From assembly GCA_000934665.2 (NCBI GenBank), contig JYFJ02004127.1, positions 1-34,561 of the forward strand: a stretch of DNA of 34,561 nucleotides, given 5' to 3'. The notes beneath the pieces are model-generated. The model was not told where the DNA came from. It saw nothing but the letters and a program-made list of their open reading frames with translations, and did not search any database. How positions within the stretch are numbered: position 1 is the stretch's first letter; each line of letters starts with the position of its first letter. This stretch comes from Catajapyx aquilonaris. Taxonomy: Eukaryota. Both the position numbers and the translations under genes were made by a program. This document shows, piece by piece, positions 23,949-34,461 of the stretch.

Positions 23949-24418
23949 TATGATTCGCCTTTTTCGCCTCCCACAGCCAGGAATGACCTCGGAGGTCAAG
24001 TCAAATGTGCTAAAAACCTTCCTTGTTAAAAACCAAACCTACTGATGCCCCTGGGGCATACGTCGAGGCCTCCGTGTTGATTTGCATCGGTATCAAGGGG
24101 ATATACGTTCAGAAATATGTATTAGCACAGATAATTATGTTATCGCTAATAATCTTCGATTCACACATTGCGTGAAATCGAATAAAAATCGATCTTATGG
24201 AACAGCAATATGGCGTTGACAACGAAAATGGGGAATTATGAAGCTAATAAGCTGCTGTCATTGGGGAAATTTAATGTAGTTGACCTACTTAAGTGGTTTT
24301 TGTAGCGTTTTTGGACGGTTTGTCAAAAAGAATACTAAAAAGTAAGTGTCATCCAAATCCAAAGGGGGTACTGTACAATGGGGTCTACTGTGGTAGCTTC
24401 AATAGATGACAGCTATTG

Positions 24419-25950
24419 CTATTCTACTTGGGCGAACTGTGCTAGAACTATGAGGTATGTGGTCACGGTTCCAGCTACCTGTTAAAGAAACATGAATTAT
24501 TGTGATCAGAGGTGTACTATCTTTCTCAACATGTATTGCCGTATTGGCCACTTTATCCTGGTCATGCAGTAACCCCATCCCCCCACACACATCCATGCTC
24601 ACCGTGGGGCCTGTGCGAAGGGTTTCTTCAAGACCAGGATAAAGTGGCCAAAACTTATTGAGACAGATTCGTTTAAAATCTGCACCCTAGACTTACGGCT
24701 GTCAATAGGCCTCGGTTGAGAGAAAAGTAATTGGCCGCGGATATCTCGATGGGAGGACCGGTCAGCTTCTGAACCAGAACTTCCACCTGAAACATTGTTG
24801 TACAATTATTGAGAAAATGCAGATTGAATGAGGGAAGAGTGGAGGTGCATCAATCACATGTGATTTGATCTTTGGATTGGTGGCCAGAGGAGAAGAGTGG
24901 ATGAGGTCAGGCAATGCCCTCGTGCTCTGGGAACACCAAAAGAGTCATTAGTATCACACCAAATTGACATTCAATTATGATACTACCTGCTGAGGGATAC
25001 GTCCCAAGATGATGGTGAATGTGATGACCGATGACACGATTACCAAAATCACCAGTATTAATACGACTGTGGCACCTACACTTACGGAGGCATTTTGAAG
25101 CAAGTAAAACAAAATCGCAATAATCAACATGACATATGTAAAATAGGTGACCATGATGGATGCTCCGTACGTGCTGCTCATGTCGTCCACTATCAGGCAA
25201 AGGTCGTACAGCAGATCACTGGCAGACTTTAATTTATCAATCATGAACCTGCGTCCTGCAATCACTGGGGTCGGTGCTTTTAGCGGTGCAGACATGTATA
25301 ATTTCATCATTCAAATCATCTATCTTCAATCGTATGATCATAGCCAAAAATGTAACTTGCGCAGGGATCAAGTGAAGCAGAAAGAGAGAGTGAAACATAA
25401 TGATTGAGACAAACATGAAAGATTGAAACAGTTGTCCACTTTGAAAATAGTTATAAATAATGTTTGAGAGTTCAGCAAACGGAAGCACGAATCAAGCAGC
25501 AATCAGCATTGCGGAATATTTGCGAAGCTTCCTCTCGTGGCGACGCATGTTCAGCGAAGAAAAACGGTGTACTAATTTCGAAATTTGAGTGACTCTGGTT
25601 TGGCAGAAAATGAAGTGAAGCCATGAACCACACAATATTACTCCATTAAGAATTAATATTGACAGCCAAGTTGTTGTGCTCTTGTGATAGCTCCTGTACA
25701 TATACGGGAATGGAATCCAAGGCAGCGTTGCAGAATATGCAGCCAGCAGAATGAAGTGGACCAGTGATGGCCACCGTTGATGCCACTCCCAACTCTGCCC
25801 TTTCCTGGGCCAAGGACAAGGAGCGATTCCTCCGAAGATGGCCAAGATGGACAGTGGTCTGAACGCGGACCAAAACGCATTGGTTTCATCTGTTTTTACT
25901 ACAGATTTGGCCTCTTCCACCTGAATCACAGTAGAACGCCTGGGAAACAT
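24419..25950 (-). pseudogene. GrK: full-length Gr pseudogene
   Basis: Exons 25950-24987, 24926-24858, 24786-24697, 24478-24419. TGC>TGA nonsense codon at 25494-25492; 7-nt insertion (acgcagg) frameshift at ~25250. Confidence 0.9.
24517..24670. mobile_element. Degraded MITE in intron 3 of GrK
   Basis: Homologous to 27576-27737 (ggccactttatcctggtc ... gaccaggataaagtggcc). Confidence 0.75.
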
Positions 25951-27471
25951 CGATTCAGAAGTCGAGGCTTCAGAACAAGAAAAAACATTGAATTAGTCAA
26001 TCTAATTACTTATTCCTTTTTCACTGAGATTGATTTGATGAACAGGGAAATAATTATTTGTAACCCACATACACCACCACGTTGTATTTCAATATTCTAA
26101 AATGACTCTGTAGATATCAGCACCTTGAAGAACGAGTAATTTTATGAAAAATTATTTAAACACAATACGTATATCTTACCAAATATTAAAAATGCGTCCA
26201 CTTCCTTTCAGCCTGTTTCCTTTTTGTCAGGCAGCAATGAAATGACTGGGCTTTTCTGGTGCAGTTCATTACATAATTCCTCCCCCCCACCTCTTTCCCG
26301 ATAGTGTTCATCGAAATACATTTCCAACAAAGGCGATTCTTTTTATTTTGGAGAATGAATGGCTCAGAAATAAATTATTGTGGCGTCCATTAAGGGCGTA
26401 GTTTGATATATTGCATTTTGTAACATTTTCCTTAATGAATGTACACTACTTTACAGACATGTAAAATATTATAGGCGTGTCTTTCAGGAATGAAGAGAAA
26501 GGCCCCCGCGTCCATATTGTCTGAAGACTTTGCCAAATGGCGGTCATTTTGTAGGAATAAGATGCAAAAGGTACGTTAGATGTCCAATATTTTTATTGAT
26601 TCACATTATAAACATCATGCCACTCGGAACTTTACAATAATACAATAAATGCTTCGACACTGTAGTCGTCAAGGTATGGATTGTCATGTATAATAATTAT
26701 TAGTCAATACTACTTGTATACCTTGCATTTATACCACATTGAACAAAGAATAAATAGGCACCTTTCGCAATATTCGTACTAGAAGTTTTGCACACAAAAA
26801 TTGATAAAATTATTTCTGTACCCTTGACTCTAAGAGTTACCTCACAAAAATGTGTGCAATAATAATATTGATGATTGATTAGTGTTGTTAAGCTCAGGCA
26901 GCTTTGAAATGACTGAGATTTTCCCCTCAATTGTTTCCCATAATGCCTTGTATTCTCCCTGCAGTGTTGATCAATCTACAGTCTTCCAACCAAGATTGTC
27001 TTTTCATTCTGGAGAATGAATGGTATAGAAATAATGATGGCTTCAACAAAGGGTGTCGTTTGATGTATTACGTCATGTCACATTAGCCCTTATATGCATG
27101 TAGCGTACATAACGGCCGATAATAAAATAATAATATGGGCGTGTCTTCCAAGTACGAAGGGAAAGGTTACCGCCTCACATTCATCTGTTTTCCCTGCATA
27201 CTTCGAGCACTAGGGACCTTCCATAATGATTATTATCTAAATTTTCCTAGCAATAATAGATGATGGCTAATAATATTTTTGATTCACACATTGCGTGAAA
27301 TCGAATAAAAATCGATCTTATGGAACAGCAATATGGCTACTACGAAAATGGAGAATTATGAAGTTAATAAGCTGCTGTTATTGGGAAAATTTAATGTACT
27401 TGACCGACTGAAGTAGTTTTTGTAGGAAGGGGTACAATGGGGCCTACTGTAGTAGCTTCAATAGATGACAG

Positions 27472-29016
27472 CTATTGCCCTTCTGCTCCGACGAACTGTG
27501 CCAGGACTATGAAGTATGTGGCCACGGTTCCAGCTGCCTGTTAAAGAGACATGAATTATTGTGATAAGAGATCTACAATCTTTCTCAATATGTTTTGGCC
27601 ACTTTATCCTGGTCTTGAAGCAACCCTTCGCGCGCGCGCACACACACCCACACACCCACACCTGCTCACCGTGGGGCCTGTGCGAAGGGTTGCTTCAAGA
27701 CCAGGATAAAGTGGCCAATACATATTGAGACAGATTGTACCTTCTTGTCAAATGTGACCCATAGACTTACGGCTGTCAGTAGTCCTCGGTTGACAGAAAA
27801 GTAATTGGCTGCGGATATCTCGATGGGGGGACCGGTTAGCTTCTGAACCAGAACTTCCATCTGAAACATACGGTTGTACACTTCAGAAAATGGAGATTGA
27901 ATGAGGGAGGAGTGGAGGTGCATCACTCACATGTGCCTTGATCCTTGGATTGGTGGCCAGAGGACAAGAGTGGATGAGGTGAGGCAATGCCCTTGTGCTC
28001 TGAAAACATCAAAAGAGTCATTAATATCACACTAAATGGACATTCAATTATGATACTACCTGCTGAGGGATACGTCCCAAGATGATGGTGAAGGTGATGA
28101 CCGATGACACGATTATCAAAATCGTCAGTATTAATATGAAAGTGCCCACACTTACGTTGGCAAGCAGAAGCAAGAAAAACAACATGGCGATAATCATCAT
28201 GATATATGTAAGATAGGTGGCCATGATGGATGCTCCGTAAGTGCTGCTCATGTCGTCCACTATCAGGCAAAGGTCGTACAACAGGTCGCTGGCAGACTTT
28301 AATTTATCAATCATGAATCTGCAATCACTGGGGCCGGTGCTTTTAGCGGTGCAGACATGTATGATTTCATCATTGAAATCATCTAGCTTCAATCGTATGA
28401 TCAATGCCAAAAATGTATCTTGCACAGGGATCAAGTGAAGCAGAAAGTGAGAGTGCCACATAAGAATTACATCAACCATGTTGTAAGATTGAAACAGTTG
28501 TTCATTTTGAAGATAGCAATAAATCGTATGTGAGACTTCAGCTAACGGCAGCAAGAAGCAAGCAGCCATCAGCAGTGCGGAATATTTGCGAAGTTTGCTC
28601 TCGTGGGGACTCATGTTCAGCAAAGAAAAACGGTGTACTAGTTTCGAAATTTGAGTCACTCTGGTTTGGCAGAAAATGTAGTGAAGCCATGGACCACCCA
28701 ATGCTATTCCATTAAGAGTTAATATTGTCAGCCAACCTGTTGTGCTCTTGTGAAAGCTCCTGTACCAAAACGGGAATGGCATCCAAGTCAGCTTTGCTGC
28801 ATATGCAGCCAATAGAATGAAGTGCACCAGTGATGGCCACCGTTGGTGCCACTTCCAACTCTGCCCTTTCCTGGGCCAAGGCCAAGGAGCGATTCCTCCA
28901 AAGCTGGCCAAGATGGACAGTGGTCTGAACGCGGACCAAAACGCATTGGTTTCATCTGATTTTCCTACAGATTTGGCCTCTTCCACCTGAATCACAGTAA
29001 AACGCCAGGGAAACAT
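27472..29016 (-). CDS. GrL: gustatory receptor, intact, ~393 aa
   Basis: Exons 29016-28060, 27999-27931, 27860-27771, 27537-27472; ends AAGTVATYFIVLAQFVGAEGQ*. The ATG at 29055 probably lies in the pyrimidine tract of a 5'-UTR intron. Confidence 0.9.
27576..27737. mobile_element. TA-flanked MITE in intron 3 of GrL (best-preserved copy)
   Basis: ~56-bp TIRs with two mismatches (caatct.tctcaatatgt.ttggccactttatcctggtcttgaagcaacccttcgc), TA on both sides (27574-5, 27738-9), CG/CA microsatellite interior. TA target duplication is typical of Tc1/mariner-superfamily MITEs. Confidence 0.85.
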
Positions 29017-29234
29017 CGCTTCAGAAGTCGAGGCTTCAGAACAAGAAAAAAACATTTAATTAGTCAATCTAATTACTTCCTTCTTCACGGCAGAGACTTA
29101 TTTGATATTAATTGGGAAGTAAATTTTTAACCCACATAAACCTCCACGTTGTATTTCAATATTTTAAAATGTCTCTGCTGTTATTAGTACCTTGATGTAA
29201 TTTATGAAAAAAAATGGTTGGAACGTATACTTAC

Positions 29235-29490
29235 CAAATATTAAAATTGCACCCACTTCCTCTCAGCCGGTGTCTCTTTCTGGACAGGCATCTCTGAATT
29301 ATCTGGAATGTTTCTCCCCTATTATTGTTTCCCATAATGCATTGTGTTCTCCCTACAATGTTGATCGAGCTATAGCCAACAAAGGTGGCATTTTCTTTGT
29401 GGCGAATGAATGGCTTCTGTATAATACTAATGACGATTATTTCCACGAAGGGCTTGGTTTGATGCATTACCTCTTGTCACATTAACCATG
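29235..29490 (-). promoter_or_regulatory. Conserved upstream block of GrL: putative promoter and non-coding first exon ending at a GTAAGT donor (29234)
   Basis: ctgagaggaagtgg..gcaattttaatatttg|gtaagt is conserved upstream of GrE (10506), GrF (13647), GrI (20628), GrJ (22984), GrK (26179), GrL (29234) and GrM (+, 30053). Confidence 0.6.
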
Positions 29491-30528
29491 AATGTTCCTT
29501 GCTCTATATAAATGCCATAAATGAAAAATGTTGTAGGCATTTCTGCATGGAATATCACAGGAAGATATTGACTTATTACTCAAAAGAATCAAGATCTTTT
29601 ACCCGGTCTTTACTATTATAACAGGCTAATCATCATAGGAAAATGGCAGTGAAAATATGCACTGACTTTAGAAGTCGTAATGGTCGTAATAGACAGTGCT
29701 ATATTTTTAAATGAATGTGACTTTCATCGATTGTCAAGTAAATACAGTTTAATGATCATTTTCAAACTTACACATATATTTTGTAACACCAAGAGTGCAA
29801 ATGTGGCATGATATAATTAATTATTTACCACACTGCATCTTCGTGGACACCATTATTATTTATTTCTGGGCTATTCATTAGCCTGCCTGGAATGACAATC
29901 TTTGTCGGATAAATTTAATGTCGCTTGGTCAACACCGGGTAGAGCTGAAAGAATTCATTATGGGAAACAATGGAGGAGAAAAACCCAGTCATTTCAGAGC
30001 TGCCTAACCAAAAAGAGACTGAGAGGAAGTGGACGCAATTTTAATAATATAGGTGAGCGTTACTTTCAATATTCCAATTATTTACATCATAAATTTTAAA
30101 TATTGGAATATAAATTCATTGTTTAGGTTCTTCTTCGCCCCTATTGGCGCGACTTGGACCACATGAAAATCGTGGTTTAATTAATGTGCATACGCTTTCT
30201 TATCCAACGCACTTGTTTTGGACAGAGGACAATAAAGAGAAGAGCAGGCAAAAGAACAGCTCAATAAATCTTACTGCACGTCAGCCTCCAGGGTAATTAT
30301 CCAGAAGGGTTTTGCATTGCGCACAAAATTTTCCACTTTTAACTCAGTGTGCGATCGGATTTCCCGGAAGTAACTTCCTAGGTTCATACAAATCTCTATT
30401 TTTTTTTTGGATAATATCCTACTTGTGACGCTGCCATTGCAGGTAATATGTTGTATCATATAGTGAGGCTTTTTTCACTTATTGCAGCATAATGGCGACA
30501 TCAACGTGCTGACATCTCGAGGGATAGA

Positions 30529-31895
30529 ATGTCACTAATGATTCAAGTGGAAGAGGCTAGGCGGCCAGAAGAGGAAGAAAAGGAAGACGCGTTTTGGACC
30601 TCGTTCAGGCCACTGTCCATCTTGGCCACCTTTGGAGGAATCGCCCCTTGTCCTTGGCCCAGAAAAGGGCAGAGTTGGAAGTGGTTCCAACGGTGGCCAT
30701 CACTGGTCCACTTCATTCTGCTGGCTGCATATTCTGCGAAGCTGACTTGGGTGCCATTCCCGTATTGGTACAGGAGCAGCCACACGAGCACAACAGGTTG
30801 GGCGACAATCTTAACTCTTAATGGAGTAACAATGGGAGGTCCATGGCTTCACTACATTTTCTGCCAAACAAGAGTTACTCAAATTTCGAAACTAATCCAC
30901 CGTTTTTCTGCACTAAACATGCGTCGCCACGAGAGAAAACTGCGGAGATGTTCCGCACTGCTGATGGCTGCTTGCTTCTTGCTGCCGTTAGCTGAAGTCT
31001 CATACCTGATTTTTGTCCAACTTCGAGGTGGACAACAGTTTGAGTCTAATGGCATGTTTGACACAATAATTGTGGGGCACGCTTTCTTTTTGCTACACTT
31101 GATCCCTGTGCAAGTTATATATTTGGCTACAGTCATTCGATTGAAGATAGATGATTTCAATGAGGAAGTAATACATGTCTGCACCACCCAAAGTACCGGC
31201 CTTTGTGATCACGAGTTGATCCCGAAGTTAATGTCTGCCACTGACCTGTTGTACGACCTTTGCCTGATTGTGGATGACATGGGGAGCACTTACGGAGCAT
31301 CCATCATGGCCACTTACCTTACATATATCATGTGGATTACCACCTTAATTTTCAATTTGCTTTTGAATGTCTACCTAATTGTCTTTTTAATAGTAGTTCT
31401 TTCGGTAATCGTGTCATCGGTCATTACCTTCACCATCATCCTGGGAAATATACCTCAGCAGGTAGAATATTTCTCACTGAGTGTCCATTGGGTGTGATAC
31501 CAAGATACTAATGACTATTTTGATGTTTTCAGAGCACAAGATCATTGCCTCACCTCATCCACTCTTGTCCTCGGGCCAACAATCCAATCATCAAGGCACA
31601 TGTGAGTTAGTCTACTACTCTTCCACTCTCCCATTCTGCTGAATATATTGTACAACAATGTTTCAGATGGAAGTTCTGGTTCAGAAGCTGACCGGTTCTC
31701 CCATCGAGATATCCGCTGCCAATTACTTTTCTGTCAATCGGGGACTCTTGACAGCCGTAAGTCCAAAGAGCAGGGTTTACAAGAAGTTGTAGCTAATCAC
31801 TCTTCATGTCTCCTTCACAGTTGGCTGGAGCAGTGACGACATATGTGATAGTCCTGGCACAGTTCCATGGAGCAGAAGAAACAACTGTCACCTAA
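30529..31895 (+). CDS. GrM: gustatory receptor (main clade, inverted orientation), intact, ~388 aa
   Basis: Exons 30529-31461, 31533-31601, 31667-31756, 31821-31895; ends LAGAVTTYVIVLAQFHGAEETTVT*; AATAAA at 31982-31987. Confidence 0.92.
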
Positions 31896-32679
31896 TAACG
31901 GATATTGTAGATCCGTCGACTCCCGCGAGAATAAGTTAGAACCATGGTTAGAACCGATTTAATCCGCGTTTCTTTAAATACAATAAATTTCTTCACCGAT
32001 TCTGCACTTTTGATCAAATATCACATGTGTTTTGCTGCCCTGGATAAATACTGCAAAAGTACTCACTGCACAAATGTACCATCTAGTAATTGATGCTTAT
32101 GACAAGTAGCTGAGGTGAAAAGTCATCTAAGACGAAGATAGCCAAGTTATTAAATGTGATTTGTGTGAACAATATTCGAAATAAAAATTGATCATCATCA
32201 ACAGTGGTGTCATTCATTATTATAGAAAATGTTCAGAGTGGAATGATGTGTGTCAATAAACGTGGCATATTACACACACCTTTTGAACCTTTTTAATTAC
32301 AAAATGATCACTTGCCAAAGTCTCCAGACGTGGTGGCCTTTTGTAGAATTTTTTTATGGATAATATGTAGTGTTCATTCATAAAGGTAAATGTGACAAGA
32401 GGTAATATATTATCGATTTCAAGCGTGGTTTGTTCGGTTAAAAAACGGGCAAAAAATGAGCGCAATATGACTATCTCGCACGTCAGCCTCCAGGGTAATT
32501 ATGCAGATTGCTAGGCGCATAAAATCATCCTTTATGCGCGTAACTCAGTGAAGGCTCGGGTTTCAGCATTGGACGTTTGTGATGTTGCCATTGCTAGTGC
32601 ATTTTGCAGTTAATCTGTTGCATCACAGTGCCTGCCCCGACGAAGTTTCAATTTACCTTTCACTTGGTAGTGCAGAAAA

Positions 32680-32800
32680 ATGGCGATATCAAATCGCAGT
32701 TTCCGTGACATCTTGAGGCATAAAATGTCACTAGTGATTCAAGTGAACGTGAAAAAGAAAAACCAGGAGGACGTGATGGCGAGAGAGACTCATTTTGGAT
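32680..32800 (+). pseudogene. 5' relic of a Gr gene
   Basis: tgcag|aaaaATG then MAISNRSFRDILRHKMSLVIQVNVKK(frameshift)PGGRDGERDSFW, aligning with GrG MKRSNRDFLTSRRTSPVIQVSVTMPPEGSEAQRDTFW; upstream 32478-32700 resembles GrM upstream 30275-30530. Confidence 0.75.
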
Positions 32801-32962
32801 GAATTTGGTCTTCCTTTGCTGCATAATTATGTGTTTTCGGCTTGATCCTTCCATCCATCGGACGTTTTGATGTACCCTCAAGTCGCGGAAGTTCATTGAT
32901 TATATCCAAGTGATGGATGATTGGGGTTGACAGTACGAGTACATTCGTTTTCCTTGACACGG

Positions 32963-33199
32963 CGACCTTGACCGTGGTTTTCTGTGGTTTCCCACGGTCC
33001 CCCCCCAGGATAATTCCGGGTTCGTTTCTGTAAATATACTGTAAATATATAGGCCACAGCCGCTTCCTTCCGTCCCTATCCTTGGCCCCACCCATATGTG
33101 AAGTAAGAGTCAGAAAAATCGAAGAAAACTGACGGTGGTATGCCACCCCCATAAGAGGGCTCCACCCTATCACGTGATAAAATAAAATAAATAAAGTAA
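32963..33199 (+). mobile_element. 5'-truncated SINE-like retroposon
   Basis: gtggttttctgtggtttcccacggtcc...cagg..aattccggg...taggccacagccgcttccttcc resembles, from memory, the central domain common to many insect tRNA-derived SINEs; followed by an A-rich (TAAAA/TAAA) tail at ~33177-33199. No database check was possible. Confidence 0.65.
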
Positions 33200-33462
33200 A
33201 TGTATTCCTGTTATGTATTCCTCATTAGACATGTCGTCATTTTCCATGAATGTTCCTGAAACCAATACATTAAAATGCCTTAAAAACATGAGTAACCCTC
33301 TTAAATATTTATTGAGATTATTTTAGTACAAGATCCCTTCATTTGGAAATGATTAGGAAAGTCAAGATTTGAGTATTATTGCAAACCATTTAAAGGTGAT
33401 TATGTTTCAGACGTAGTGACATGTGAAAACAAAATCTGCATGAGCAGGAGGTACAGAAACAG

Positions 33463-34461
33463 TCATTCTGCTCCCTTGAACTGTGCCAGGACTATCACAT
33501 ATGTGGTCACTGCTCCAGTCAACTGTGAAGAGGCATGAATAATTAGCTACGTACACTTCCATAATTATATCAATATGTTCTGTTGACTTACTGCTGTCAG
33601 TAGGCCCCGGTTGACACCAAAGTAATTGGCTGCGGATATCTCGATGGGCGGTCCCGTCAGCTTCTGAACCAGAACTTCCATCTGAAACATTGTTGTGCAC
33701 TTCAGCAAATGCAGATTGAATGAGGGAAGAGTGGTGGTGTATAGTAACTCACGTGTGCCCTAATGCTTGGATTGGTGACCCGAGGATAAGAGTGGATGAG
33801 GACAGGCAATGCCCTTGTGCTCTGGAAACATCAAAAGAGTCATTATTATCACACTCAATGGACGCCCAATGGGAGATGGAATACCTGCTGAGGAATACCT
33901 CCCAAGATGATGGTGAAGGTAACCACTGATGAGACGATTACCCCAATAGCCACCATTAATATTATTTGGTCAACTACACTTTGGTATGAATCAAGAAGCA
34001 AGTAAAACACAAGGCTGGTAATCCACACGACAGATATGAGATAGGTGGCCATGAGGGATGCCCCGTAAGTGCTGCCCATGCCATCCACTATCAGGCAAAG
34101 GTCGTACAACAGGTCGCTGGCAGACGTTAATTTTTCAATCAACTTCCCATCATTGCTGTGCTCTTCCCTGATGAGGCCGCGGGTAGTTTGCTCGGTGCAG
34201 ACATGCATTACTTCCTCGCTGAAATCATGTATCTTCAATCGTATGACCATAGCCAAAAATGTAACTTGCACAGGGATCAAGTGAAGCAGAAAGAGAGGGT
34301 GACACACAATTAATGTGTCAAGTAAGTTGTAAGATTGAAACAGTTGTCCAATTTGAAGATACGAGTAGATCAGGTATGAGACATCAGCTAACGGCAGCAA
34401 GAAGCAAGCAGCCATCAGCAGTGCGGAATATTTTCGCAGTTTTCTCTCGTGGAGACCCATG
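33463..34461 (-). pseudogene. GrN: Gr copy with exon 1 interrupted by foreign DNA at ~34462
   Basis: Exons (34461)-33885, 33821-33753, 33681-33592, 33522-33463 are open (LTGAVTTYVIVLAQFKGAE*), but homology stops abruptly at MGLHERKLRK, roughly 110-120 codons into paralogs, where no paralog has an intron. Confidence 0.8.

Noticed and set aside
25492..25494. In-frame TGA at a Cys codon in GrK as selenocysteine or read-through
   Set aside because: The same gene has a 7-nt frameshift downstream, so ordinary pseudogenisation explains it.
23320..26560. CTGAAGA motifs (~23329, ~26521) as hammerhead ribozyme cores
   Set aside because: No properly placed GAAA core or closing stems found by eye.
1225..33900. 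Regularly recurring near-identical short sequences suggestive of a CRISPR-like array
   Set aside because: The repeats are paralogous exons and splice junctions kilobases apart in intron-containing eukaryotic genes; no repeat-spacer structure and no cas genes.
1225..34461. Single alternatively spliced Gr locus with many first exons sharing common 3' exons
   Set aside because: Almost every long exon has its own exons 2-4 directly downstream, so these are separate genes; occasional cross-gene splicing cannot be excluded.
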